Below are positions 8,066 to 17,490 of a DNA stretch of 64,000 nt, piece after piece. Every line of letters begins with the position of its first letter. The stretch's first letter is position 1. The position numbers and the translations under genes were made by a program. The notes beneath the pieces are model-generated. The model did not search any database, had not been told where the DNA came from, and saw only the letters and a program-made list of their open reading frames with translations. This stretch comes from a virus (lineage: Duplodnaviria > Caudoviricetes), in IMG/VR virus record IMGVR_UViG_3300027898_000001. The stretch is one strand, 5' to 3'.

Positions 8066-9241
8066 ATGGCAAATCAAGTACAAAAGCATGTTTTTGATAT
8101 TGTTGTTGCGTATATCGAACATGTGTCTAAATTTCATTCCTATGTAAACTCTCTAAAAAATCTCAGTGCGCAAGCGGAACTTCGCCGACACATTTCTGAA
8201 CTACAAAATCAAACAAAAGGTGTACAACAATTAGCTGCGTCCGGGGGACTAGCTACGGCACCAATAAAGTCTTTCACGAAATTCTTAGTAAAACTAAATA
8301 AAAACTTAGATGCTCTAGATCGTGGTATAGAAATAGGAACCATAGCATCGGCTAAATCGTTTCGTGACAGCTACAAAGAAGTAACACTTCCTATTGTGCG
8401 AGATATTATTGCACACTCTAAAACCCTGGAACCAAATATGTCAGAAGACGACTTGGTAGGGGAAATCAAATTCGCAAAACAAAAGAACGCAAGTAAGGCA
8501 ACCGTCAATATGATGGAACAGACCTTGAAAAATATTAGGGGTGAAAAAATATCAGAAGCTGATGTTGTTTCTAAAGAGAATAAGGTCGCTCACCAACAGC
8601 TGGAAGCATACCGTAAATTTGCTAGTCGTTTACCTACCACGTTAAAAGGTAAACAATTCTTAATGTTAGAACTCCCCGTAGTACCTGCTATCGACTTCAC
8701 CGCGTTAGACCCTAAGTTTCTACGAACAACAGGCTTAGACTACACGCACATAGCTGACTCATTCATCGTATTCAACAACCAATACTTACTGGCATTCGAT
8801 TATGCTATTGCTACTACACCTGTAGGTGAATCTGTAGGTAAGAAAGTTGTTCGTAAATCCGCCGACTCGGTGACTTTCAAGAATAGTAAAGTTGCTGTTT
8901 TGGATGAAGATGGTGATGTGCTATTAGATGATGACGGTAAACCAATCACAGAAACCAAACGTGTTGCAAATACAAACACTTTGGCTGCACGTAAACGTAC
9001 CGCAGAACATTTAAAGCTACAAGAAGATTTCGTACTTAAGGTACTTGATCGTATAAATTCTAAAGCCGGTACCGATTACACTTTAATGTCCTCACACTTT
9101 GAATTTTGTCCTGCGAACGGTCGTATCGCTTTAGCTTGGATTGTACCACGTGCTGTTAAGAATCAATTCGCACGTAAAGGTAACATGGCTGATGCGTCAT
9201 GGGGCTGGCCGTGGGATTCTAACACAACCAGTGCGCTCTAA
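8066..9241 (+). CDS. hypothetical protein
   Basis: 391-aa ORF, AAGGA SD; no recognised motif. Confidence 0.8.
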   Translation: MANQVQKHVFDIVVAYIEHVSKFHSYVNSLKNLSAQAELRRHISELQNQTKGVQQLAASGGLATAPIKSFTKFLVKLNKNLDALDRGIEIGTIASAKSFRDSYKEVTLPIVRDIIAHSKTLEPNMSEDDLVGEIKFAKQKNASKATVNMMEQTLKNIRGEKISEADVVSKENKVAHQQLEAYRKFASRLPTTLKGKQFLMLELPVVPAIDFTALDPKFLRTTGLDYTHIADSFIVFNNQYLLAFDYAIATTPVGESVGKKVVRKSADSVTFKNSKVAVLDEDGDVLLDDDGKPITETKRVANTNTLAARKRTAEHLKLQEDFVLKVLDRINSKAGTDYTLMSSHFEFCPANGRIALAWIVPRAVKNQFARKGNMADASWGWPWDSNTTSAL

Positions 9242-9253
9242 TGGAGAGTAGGC

Positions 9254-9766
9254 ATGGAGAAGTATACTAGCGGTGACTGTACTATATGTACTAAGTATTT
9301 CTCTTTGCTCCATTGGCACCACACTATACCCCAGGCACTTGGTGGGGTAAACAGCCTGCAAATTCCTTTATGTTCTGACTGCCATAACGTATTACATGCA
9401 CATGCAAATGCTATTGTAGCACGTATACGCAGTTTAAAACCTATTAAAAAGAATTTCTGGCCAAGACCTGGTGATCTTGAGCGAGCGCAAAAATGGCTTG
9501 AGATACTGGTCCAATCTATTCTTCATCCACCTGTACAACAGGAAGATAAAGAGTACAAACTACAAACTACGGTACCCGCAAACATCCACGCTGGGTTGAT
9601 GATGTTGAAGTCTGAACTTCCTCAATTGAAAAGTTTAGATCAAGCGGTACTGTATTGTATAGCGCATACGCTAAAATCTAGAGGACTACATAATGACAAC
9701 CGTAGAACGGAACGTACAAGCAAAGGTGAAAGCGAGTCTGAAAAGCCAGCAACTGACCTGTGGTGA
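9254..9766 (+). CDS. HNH endonuclease domain protein
   Basis: CTIC...HWHHTIPQALGGVNSLQIPLCSDCHNVLH: zinc-binding HNH signature. Confidence 0.85.
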   Translation: MEKYTSGDCTICTKYFSLLHWHHTIPQALGGVNSLQIPLCSDCHNVLHAHANAIVARIRSLKPIKKNFWPRPGDLERAQKWLEILVQSILHPPVQQEDKEYKLQTTVPANIHAGLMMLKSELPQLKSLDQAVLYCIAHTLKSRGLHNDNRRTERTSKGESESEKPATDLW

Positions 9767-10532
9767 GTGTGTCGGATTTTGTACAGAGATTTTAAAGGAT
9801 AAAAAGTTATGTAAAGGTGTAGGTATAATCGCATCTGATAAACCATGCAAACAATTTAAGCCCGATAGCGGTAAGTTATCTACACTTATTGATTCTAAGG
9901 GTACGTTCGGTGCGCTAGCCGAACTAATGAATTGTATTCCAGAAGATAAACTACGTTTAGTTGGTGCTGCATTTATGCGCGAACACAGAACGAGACTCGC
10001 TGGCTATAATATTGGTCAACGTGTTTATGTCCGTTATCGCGGTATGACAAAATCAAACTATCTGTCAAATTTCATGCTTGCATATATTTTGTTTGCAGAT
10101 AATGACATGATACGTGTTACAAGTAAAGATGGTAAATGTTGCATGACGTTTTGTGGTAATGCCACAGACGCTATTATTTCATACGATGCGTTCCAACCAC
10201 TGAAAGAAAAGATGGTGAAGAGCGTACGCTATGTTGATCCAAATGTTCAACGTCTTGTATCTAAACGTATTCGTTGTGAAGAAGAATATGAATTAGGTGT
10301 GACTGATGTAATTGATCGTATCGAAATCGTTACGATTGACCGCGTATTCAAAGAAAGCGGTATTAAGAAAAATAAGACTAATGCTCCTAATGATCTTGTC
10401 GCTATTGTTAATGCAATCGAAAGTGGTTTCGATGTTAAAGCTGTTTCTAAGAAAAAGAAACAGAAATCGGATACCACATTAAGAAAAACTGCGCATGAAA
10501 AAGGCGTATACAGCATTGACGTTAACGGTTAA
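9693..10532 (+). CDS. hypothetical protein with Cys-rich N-terminal metal-binding motif
   Basis: CGECVGFC...LC...KPCKQF. Confidence 0.75.
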   Translation: MTTVERNVQAKVKASLKSQQLTCGECVGFCTEILKDKKLCKGVGIIASDKPCKQFKPDSGKLSTLIDSKGTFGALAELMNCIPEDKLRLVGAAFMREHRTRLAGYNIGQRVYVRYRGMTKSNYLSNFMLAYILFADNDMIRVTSKDGKCCMTFCGNATDAIISYDAFQPLKEKMVKSVRYVDPNVQRLVSKRIRCEEEYELGVTDVIDRIEIVTIDRVFKESGIKKNKTNAPNDLVAIVNAIESGFDVKAVSKKKKQKSDTTLRKTAHEKGVYSIDVNG

Positions 10533-10540
10533 GGTGAATC

Positions 10541-11713
10541 ATGTCACAACACTCCCTATATAATACTATTCGTAAGTTGGGTGATGATGTTGAATTGCTT
10601 TCTATAGCAGAAGCTATTTTACTCCATGTTGTAGGTGTTGATGATGCCTATACATGCCAACGTAAGTTTAAAGATCTGATTGAAAGAAAGAACTTTGAGT
10701 ATAGTGCGCAAAAGTTTAGACTTGTTATCGCCTCTACGGCTTACATAAACATAAATTTAAAATTCTTCGTGTTGAATGTAATGCAGCGCCGACCCACTGT
10801 ACAACGTATTCAAAAGTATTTGGATATATTTGATATTTCTAGGAATGATGCCGTAATACTAAGGTCATTATTACAGAAAAGTGAATTCAAGCGAGCAATG
10901 TCTCAGGCAGCGGCTAAAGTACCTGAGAACCTGATTACAGAAGGTGCGTATAAATCTGTATTCAAAACATTCAAAACAATTTATCCTGATCTGATGAAGC
11001 ACATACGTAGTAAAACATTTACCAAGTTAAGGTTCTTAACTGTATCATCTAATACTGAGTTCTATGACTTGCACATGGAATTGATGTGCAAAGCATTGCA
11101 AACTTATATCAAAATGGTACCTATTCAGAAAAGTGAATTGCATGTGGCTAATATCATACGCACCTCGCTTAATAATCACACCATTAATATGATTAAATCT
11201 TACACCACACAAAAACGTGCGCGTATAATTAATTCAGGTGTAAAGGATGGTTTTGGCCAAACTCGTTTTGATCTAGTTACTGTTTCTGAAAATCAATTGT
11301 TGAAAGCCTTTGGTGTTGCAGAAGGTGAAGAAATTGGATTAGATGACTTGCGTGATGCTGGTGCATGTTTTGATGATGAACGTGCTCGTGATAGTGAACT
11401 TAACTTCCAATCAATAATTCGTAGATATGGTGTAACCGCAAAGCGTAAGACGTTGTTAGAATTGTTAGCGTGCCAAGAGCATAAACGCTTTTCACGTTTC
11501 CTTCGCCGTCGTGCGAAAATAGATGCGTCAAAAGACAATGTTGATTTCTATGATACAGCAGGACAAGAAGCCTACTTTGATAACGTGTGCAGATTCTTAC
11601 ATTTATGTGAAGACAAAGCCCGCAAGTTTGTAAAAGAAGTAGGATATTCCGCGTATCCAGAAATCGCAAAACAATTGGAGACAAGTGATGCAGCAGCAGC
11701 CATCGCAGAATAA
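10541..11713 (+). CDS. putative RNA polymerase sigma-factor-like protein
   Basis: LMKHIRSK...EFYDLHMELMCKALQTY...HVANIIRTSLNNHTINMIKSY has the spacing of sigma70 regions 2.1-2.4; ORF is solid, function is inferred. Confidence 0.5.
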   Translation: MSQHSLYNTIRKLGDDVELLSIAEAILLHVVGVDDAYTCQRKFKDLIERKNFEYSAQKFRLVIASTAYININLKFFVLNVMQRRPTVQRIQKYLDIFDISRNDAVILRSLLQKSEFKRAMSQAAAKVPENLITEGAYKSVFKTFKTIYPDLMKHIRSKTFTKLRFLTVSSNTEFYDLHMELMCKALQTYIKMVPIQKSELHVANIIRTSLNNHTINMIKSYTTQKRARIINSGVKDGFGQTRFDLVTVSENQLLKAFGVAEGEEIGLDDLRDAGACFDDERARDSELNFQSIIRRYGVTAKRKTLLELLACQEHKRFSRFLRRRAKIDASKDNVDFYDTAGQEAYFDNVCRFLHLCEDKARKFVKEVGYSAYPEIAKQLETSDAAAAIAE

Positions 11714-12107
11714 CGTACAAGCATTATCTGCCGAAGATGCGGAGAAATTGTATTTCAATTCTTTCCCTGTTGTTCGGCCAGATGAGTACAAGCGTCAATT
11801 GTTGTATTTAACCTATGCAACAATAAAAGAGAATGTTCGTATAACTACCAATAAACTTGCTTGGTACTTAGATACGCATTTTTCATTCGTTGAAGCCGAT
11901 GTTCAGATAGCCGTAAACGCATTATCCAATAGTGCGATGTATGGTACTGTTACTAAGTTTGTATTACCAGCAGCGCCAAATAGAAAACGCGCTATCCAAC
12001 TATCACTTAAACCTACTGAAGGTTCAACGATAATAAATGAATGGATGGATTTAGTATTAAAAACTAATCCTGAATTCGCGAGTCTGGTGGCTCCAACCAT
12101 AGTGTAA
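11685..12107 (+). CDS. hypothetical protein
   Basis: 140-aa ORF overlapping the previous gene end. Confidence 0.7.
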   Translation: MMQQQPSQNNVQALSAEDAEKLYFNSFPVVRPDEYKRQLLYLTYATIKENVRITTNKLAWYLDTHFSFVEADVQIAVNALSNSAMYGTVTKFVLPAAPNRKRAIQLSLKPTEGSTIINEWMDLVLKTNPEFASLVAPTIV

Positions 12108-12120
12108 GTACGGTGACGTT

Positions 12121-13560
12121 ATGCAGATATACGACCAAAGTGTTGAAATGATTTGTATTAAAACACTAACGAGTCTGAAAGTCCCCGAACTTGTACGGAG
12201 TAACTTACTAGGCAAACTCTCTAAAGAGTTTTTCCATTATCCTCCGTGTCAAGCGGCATTCAATCGTATTGATAACATTGCAAAGAAACGATTTGCTTTG
12301 ATTGATTTCGACGAACTTGTTAGTGACCCTGCCGTGTCAGAGGAATTTCGTGATATTCTACGGGAATCTGACGCTGAACACGCGCACAGTAAAAAGAAAG
12401 TAAAAAGTATTGTTGAGCTGTTGGACAACTACCGTAAGATTCGTATTGTTTACGATATGTGTAATGATGCCTTAGAAAAGGTAGAATCTGAGGACGTTGA
12501 TGTTGAGAAACTGCTAGGTGCTTTAGGTGACAAGCTATTATCTGCACAACGTAATATAGGTGTAGAAGATGAGTTTGTACACTTTGGTAAGAACAGTAAC
12601 TCTGCAAAATTGATTGAAGAAGCTGTCAACAAAACAATCAATGAAATGTACAAAACTGGATTTACAGAATACGATGATCGTAATGGTGGTGTACCAAAAG
12701 AAGGTGTGATGATTATTGGTGCCACCACTTCTGGCGGTAAATCTACGGTGTTGATGAACTTACTTATCAACATACATCGCTTGAACAGAGTTAGTACCAA
12801 ACGTATATCACTTGAGATGGGTGATATTCAAGAAATTCAAAGAATGGGTTCTAGGTTAAGTGGTGTACCTTTCTGGAAAATCAAGCAAGGTAGAATGTCT
12901 CCTGCGGAGAAGCAGAGATTCTTAAAAGCATTCAAAGATTTTGAAGCGTTTGGTGTGGAAAACGATTGTACATTTTCGTCAATCAGTCCTACTAAAGGTA
13001 TGACTATTGATGATGCCTTTCGTGCTGTAAAGCCTTTTGGTCCAAAAGTAATAGGTCTCGACTACGTTAGTTTGCTTGAAGGTGTCGATGAAGACAATCA
13101 GTGGCGTGTACTAAGTGCTATCATCCGTAAAGCTAAAATATTCTCTAGGGAAGCTAAGTGTTTAGTAATCATATTGTGTCAGATTGATGGTGAGACGAAT
13201 AAGATTCGCTATTCACAAGGTATGAAAGAACACGCTGATTTAGTTTGGACTTGGAACTACGCTAAAAAAGAACAACGTGAACTTCGTATATTACCTATTG
13301 AGGTTTCTAAAGCTCGTGATGGTGAATTGTTTTCGTTTAATCTCGGTGAGCGTTATGATGTTATGCGTGTTGATAACATGTCGGATACAGACGGCGGTTC
13401 TGAGTTTAACGGTCGACACAAAGATGATTCTGATGATGGTGATGACGTTCCGACTAAATCTTCTACAAAAAAGAAAGACAAGAAGAAAAAGAAGAAGCGC
13501 AATTTGTTAGAGGAAGAATCTGATGACCAACAGAATGATGAGTCTCCCGTTCTAGCATAG
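12121..13560 (+). CDS. dnaB: DnaB-like replicative helicase
   Basis: Walker A GATTSGGKS, H1a ISLEM, H2 IGLDYVSLL, H3 ILCQ, H4 VSKARDG; acidic/poly-K tail. Confidence 0.92.
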   Translation: MQIYDQSVEMICIKTLTSLKVPELVRSNLLGKLSKEFFHYPPCQAAFNRIDNIAKKRFALIDFDELVSDPAVSEEFRDILRESDAEHAHSKKKVKSIVELLDNYRKIRIVYDMCNDALEKVESEDVDVEKLLGALGDKLLSAQRNIGVEDEFVHFGKNSNSAKLIEEAVNKTINEMYKTGFTEYDDRNGGVPKEGVMIIGATTSGGKSTVLMNLLINIHRLNRVSTKRISLEMGDIQEIQRMGSRLSGVPFWKIKQGRMSPAEKQRFLKAFKDFEAFGVENDCTFSSISPTKGMTIDDAFRAVKPFGPKVIGLDYVSLLEGVDEDNQWRVLSAIIRKAKIFSREAKCLVIILCQIDGETNKIRYSQGMKEHADLVWTWNYAKKEQRELRILPIEVSKARDGELFSFNLGERYDVMRVDNMSDTDGGSEFNGRHKDDSDDGDDVPTKSSTKKKDKKKKKKRNLLEEESDDQQNDESPVLA

Positions 13561-13571
13561 ATGAGGTCATA

Positions 13572-14426
13572 ATGAAAACAAACCCTATAATGGGGGTGTA
13601 CGATAAAACAGACGATGTTAGCCCAACTATAAATCCTAGAAGGGCATCATCTGCTAAATCTTTTTCTAAATTGCTTAGAAATCGCGCTAGAAAAATACGC
13701 GATTATCACATACGTGTTCATTTGGAGTCACAACCTAATATTACTTTAGGTAGAGCAGTCCCTGTTAATACGTATGTTGCTGAGCAGCTACGAGAAGAAA
13801 CGTACACAACCATACCCGATGTTGATAAACAAATACATCCAGTGTTCGGTGTTAATCAAGAATTAGTTGAATCTAATATACCTGAGCGGCAAGCCTCTGA
13901 AAGTATTGATGTTTTAAACGAGTTTGAAATTGATGTGGATGAAGTAAATGCTTTTAAAGATTTACTGAACGACCTTACAGAATCTACACAATCCATTATA
14001 CTGCGAGATTGTGTAGCAAACTTTATTGCTTTCGATAATGCTTCTTCTACCACTCAGGCTATTATGCGTGATGGTTTAAACATTAATATGGAGGTTTCAG
14101 CGGAAGTCGTACCTGCATTAGAAAACATTGCGCGTCTATCTGTGACAAGCCATTTCCTTTCTAGGTCGAATTCAATACCTGATAACATTAAAAACGTGTA
14201 TTTGCGCGAGGTAGCGAAACTACTTGCTACTGAAACTGTTACAGATATGCGTAAGAAAGAAGTCGGAGGTAAGTATAGTTCGTTATTGCAAAACTTGGTT
14301 GCTAGATTTAGAAGTGCCGAAGGTAAAGTAAACAACGTATCTGACATGGGTAATAACCCTGTTGGTGCTATGCGAAACCGTGAAGGTCATTTCCGAGCCC
14401 AAAAAGATCAAGAAATAAATCAGTAA
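13572..14426 (+). CDS. hypothetical protein upstream of terminase
   Basis: 284-aa ORF, GAGGT SD. Confidence 0.75.
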   Translation: MKTNPIMGVYDKTDDVSPTINPRRASSAKSFSKLLRNRARKIRDYHIRVHLESQPNITLGRAVPVNTYVAEQLREETYTTIPDVDKQIHPVFGVNQELVESNIPERQASESIDVLNEFEIDVDEVNAFKDLLNDLTESTQSIILRDCVANFIAFDNASSTTQAIMRDGLNINMEVSAEVVPALENIARLSVTSHFLSRSNSIPDNIKNVYLREVAKLLATETVTDMRKKEVGGKYSSLLQNLVARFRSAEGKVNNVSDMGNNPVGAMRNREGHFRAQKDQEINQ

Positions 14427-14430
14427 TTTA
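14424..14430 (+). promoter_or_regulatory. candidate phage promoter motif TAATTTA upstream of terminase
   Basis: Overlaps the previous stop and abuts the terminator stem; motif recurs at 16690, 23510, 26521, 50590, 59558 and (minus) 48445-48451. Confidence 0.4.
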
Positions 14431-14464
14431 AAAGGCACTGGGATTCGTTCTCCGTGCCTTTTTT
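14431..14464 (+). terminator. Rho-independent terminator
   Basis: AAAGGCAC...GTGCCTTT stem with inner GGA-TTCG-TTC and a T run. Confidence 0.8.
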
Positions 14465-14476
14465 ATTGTCTGCGGA

Positions 14477-16684
14477 GTGACTTTTCACATGAAAAAATCC
14501 GACATTATTCTAACGTCAAGCGGATTAATCAATTACGATTTAGTGAAATTGGGGCAAGACCCATTTGCAGTGTTGTCTAGTTTGAAGTCGGGTGATCTTG
14601 TTCCTCGAGACGACTTCGATCCTGAACTTGCAAAATCAGGCGGTTTATTAAAGCCTTCTGGAAATTTCGATATTGATATGATTGCAGAGGAGTTCAACAT
14701 TGCCAATATGGTGCGCAGTGTGTTGGATGAGAATGCTCTCGTACCAAAAGACATTAAGATTGATGATGGTGATTTCCCCTTAGCAAAGAATGTTTATGAT
14801 TGGGTATCACGCGACTCGTTTGCTGGTACTGTTATCACTCCGTTCCTAGAGCAGTTAATCTGGGGCGTAGTTTTGTTTGGGGAATATTGTGCAAGATGTT
14901 CAGATTTAGAATATTTATTCCATTCACATAAAGTAGACGATACAGTACCTCAATTTTTACGTAAGGTACAATTGCTAGAGCACGGTGTTTGCCCAGCATG
15001 TAAAGCACGTAAAAGTGAAATGGTTCTGTCAGAGGAGATGACATTTTACCAAGAACTTGCCGTACAAGCTGGTCAGCGTTCTGGTAAGACCGCCTGTGTT
15101 GGTGGTATTCTAACGCCTTATATGACTCACAGAGTTCTCAAAATGCAAAAGCCGTGCAACGTATTCGGCATTGCATCCTCTACTATGCTTCATGGTACCT
15201 TTTGTGCTTTGACGTATGCACAAGCAAAAGAAACTTTGTGGGAATTCTACTACGGCACTCTGATGACTTCCGAGTGGTTTAAAAATTATAATAGCATGTT
15301 GCGCTACTATGAAGGTAAATACGGACAATCTTTATTAAAACTAAATGATACATTCGTTGTCTACAGACCACGTAGTCTTATGTGGTATCCAGCCGGTCCA
15401 GATAAACGGGTTCTTCGTGGCCGTACACGCGTGTTTGGTGGTATAGATGAGATCGGATACTTCGATAATGATGCTGCCAGCAATAAAGTAAAGACTTCAG
15501 CGCACCACGTGTATGACGCTCTGGACGCCAGCCTATTGACCGTACGCGGTGCTGCGAACAGGCTCCTCAAGAGTGGCTATGATAACATCTTAACCGGCTA
15601 TAGTATGAATGTTTCGTCACCTGTTTCTCAGCGTGACAAGATTTGTACGCTGGTTCGTCAGGCACGTGGCAGTAAGACAATGTATGGTATTCACAGACCT
15701 ACATGGGAAGTGAATCCAGATTTCCCAAGAAATAGTACGGTTATTGTGGATGCTTATACACGTAACCCTGCGGATGCTGAACGTAACTATGGTGCTAACC
15801 CTCCACTATCTGCAAATCCTTATTTGTCAAACATTACATATATAGCTCAAGCGTTTCGTGGTAAGTCTAATCCTATAAAACTGAAAACTGTTGTTAAAAA
15901 CAGAAAACAAACTGGTCAAGCAAACAAATGGGCTAGAATCGAAAAGATTAAACGTGGCACTAAACCGTCTATGTTGACGATAGATGCAGGTGTTAGTTTT
16001 AACAGCTTCTCAATTACGGTATTACACATAGATGAAAAGACTGGTGAGTTTGTTGCACAGTTGATGTGTGAGATTATTCCAGAACCTGGCATACCATTAA
16101 ACTACACGCAAATTTATGATAACGTAATATCACCTATCATCACTGCGCGTAATGTTAAGGTAGTTCTTGCTGACAGATGGAACAGTATTAAGATATTGTC
16201 CGACATTGAAGCAGAATTTCCTGGTGTAACTGCGGAGCAGTATAGTTTGAAATACAAAGATATAGGCATTACTAAATCTCACTTAGAAGCAGGTACGCTT
16301 GTATTACCAAAGCGCGAAACAAAATCAGAGTTCCACGAACTACTGGAATTTGATAATGAGATATATCCTAACTGTTTTGCAGGACGTCCTGTAGATCATC
16401 TAGCTATGCAAATGCAAACTGTGCAAGACACTACTCTACAAGTTATCAAAGGTGATGGTTTAACTGATGATACGTGGCGCGCATTAGCATTAGGTGTATA
16501 TGGACTCAGTACAGATAAATACGCCGAGTTACTTATTGGTGCAGCTCCAGAACAGAAATCTAGCGGCTTAATGGCTGTCAGTCGTTTAGCTTCTGGTGGC
16601 GGTGGTGGTATAGGCTTTGGGGGAAATAGTGGCTCTATGTCACATAATTCTTCTATCGGTGTCATGGTTCGGAATGCTAGATAG
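14477..16684 (+). CDS. terL: terminase large subunit
   Basis: Walker A GQRSGKT, Walker B GGIDEIG, nuclease domain LTIDAG and GLTDDTWRALA; start 14477 GTG or 14489 ATG. Confidence 0.92.
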   Translation: MTFHMKKSDIILTSSGLINYDLVKLGQDPFAVLSSLKSGDLVPRDDFDPELAKSGGLLKPSGNFDIDMIAEEFNIANMVRSVLDENALVPKDIKIDDGDFPLAKNVYDWVSRDSFAGTVITPFLEQLIWGVVLFGEYCARCSDLEYLFHSHKVDDTVPQFLRKVQLLEHGVCPACKARKSEMVLSEEMTFYQELAVQAGQRSGKTACVGGILTPYMTHRVLKMQKPCNVFGIASSTMLHGTFCALTYAQAKETLWEFYYGTLMTSEWFKNYNSMLRYYEGKYGQSLLKLNDTFVVYRPRSLMWYPAGPDKRVLRGRTRVFGGIDEIGYFDNDAASNKVKTSAHHVYDALDASLLTVRGAANRLLKSGYDNILTGYSMNVSSPVSQRDKICTLVRQARGSKTMYGIHRPTWEVNPDFPRNSTVIVDAYTRNPADAERNYGANPPLSANPYLSNITYIAQAFRGKSNPIKLKTVVKNRKQTGQANKWARIEKIKRGTKPSMLTIDAGVSFNSFSITVLHIDEKTGEFVAQLMCEIIPEPGIPLNYTQIYDNVISPIITARNVKVVLADRWNSIKILSDIEAEFPGVTAEQYSLKYKDIGITKSHLEAGTLVLPKRETKSEFHELLEFDNEIYPNCFAGRPVDHLAMQMQTVQDTTLQVIKGDGLTDDTWRALALGVYGLSTDKYAELLIGAAPEQKSSGLMAVSRLASGGGGGIGFGGNSGSMSHNSSIGVMVRNAR

Positions 16685-16689
16685 TGAAG

Positions 16690-16698
16690 TAATTTAGA
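16690..16698 (+). promoter_or_regulatory. candidate phage promoter motif TAATTTAGA
   Basis: Intergenic, 33 nt before ATG 16723. Confidence 0.5.
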
Positions 16699-16722
16699 GC
16701 ATTATATTAAAGAGGTTGTATC

Positions 16723-17490
16723 ATGGAAATTGAAGTATTAACTAGCGATGCTCTACTATCCGCAGAAGCTGCAGGTGTGCAAGACCAGCATAAATTGCAA
16801 GGACTATATCGTCCAGGTGGTGTTCTACCAAGAACTGAGAAACATGTTCCTGTTGGTAACTCACGTCGCCATGAAAAGGCTGTGTTTAAACATAATCTTG
16901 TAGAACATGGTGTTGAGTACCTTTACAATCCACCTCGTGCTGCTGTACCTATTCCAGACTCCGCGTTAAAACCTTTAGTTATTGACATTGCTAAGCGTTT
17001 AGGTTTGGATCGTAGCATTCAACATTCCTGTTATTTGTACTCTCGATCAGAAGGTACAATAGGTTTTGCATTCGTAGCATTTAACTTATCTGAAGAACTG
17101 TTATTGAAGTTTATTCCGATGTTTGATAAAACTATGATGGCACATGGTTGGACAAAACTTACTGTAGGTGTAGCAAAACTGGATGGTAGTGTGACTCGTG
17201 TGAATTTTATAATGCGCATGGCACAAAAGAAAGATGAACATCCGACCTTGCCAGAAGATACTCATGTCGGTGGTACTTCTATGGATGGTAGATTACCACA
17301 TGGTGCAAAGTCTATTAAGAAGCCTGACAATTCTGAACATACGGAAAAACTTAAAGGTCCTCACGATATTCATACTATGCGTCGAAAAGAACCTGCATCA
17401 CATGCTGGTGACGAAGACGAACCTATTGATCTTAAAACTGCGGGTATTGTAGATTCTGATTTATCTGACATACTTGGATGGGATAACTAA
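16723..17490 (+). CDS. hypothetical protein (head-gene neighbourhood)
   Basis: GAGG SD; 255 aa. Confidence 0.75.
   Translation: MEIEVLTSDALLSAEAAGVQDQHKLQGLYRPGGVLPRTEKHVPVGNSRRHEKAVFKHNLVEHGVEYLYNPPRAAVPIPDSALKPLVIDIAKRLGLDRSIQHSCYLYSRSEGTIGFAFVAFNLSEELLLKFIPMFDKTMMAHGWTKLTVGVAKLDGSVTRVNFIMRMAQKKDEHPTLPEDTHVGGTSMDGRLPHGAKSIKKPDNSEHTEKLKGPHDIHTMRRKEPASHAGDEDEPIDLKTAGIVDSDLSDILGWDN

Noticed and set aside
13572-14426. Terminase small subunit
   Set aside because: Only positional support, no motif, and it is separated from terL by a terminator
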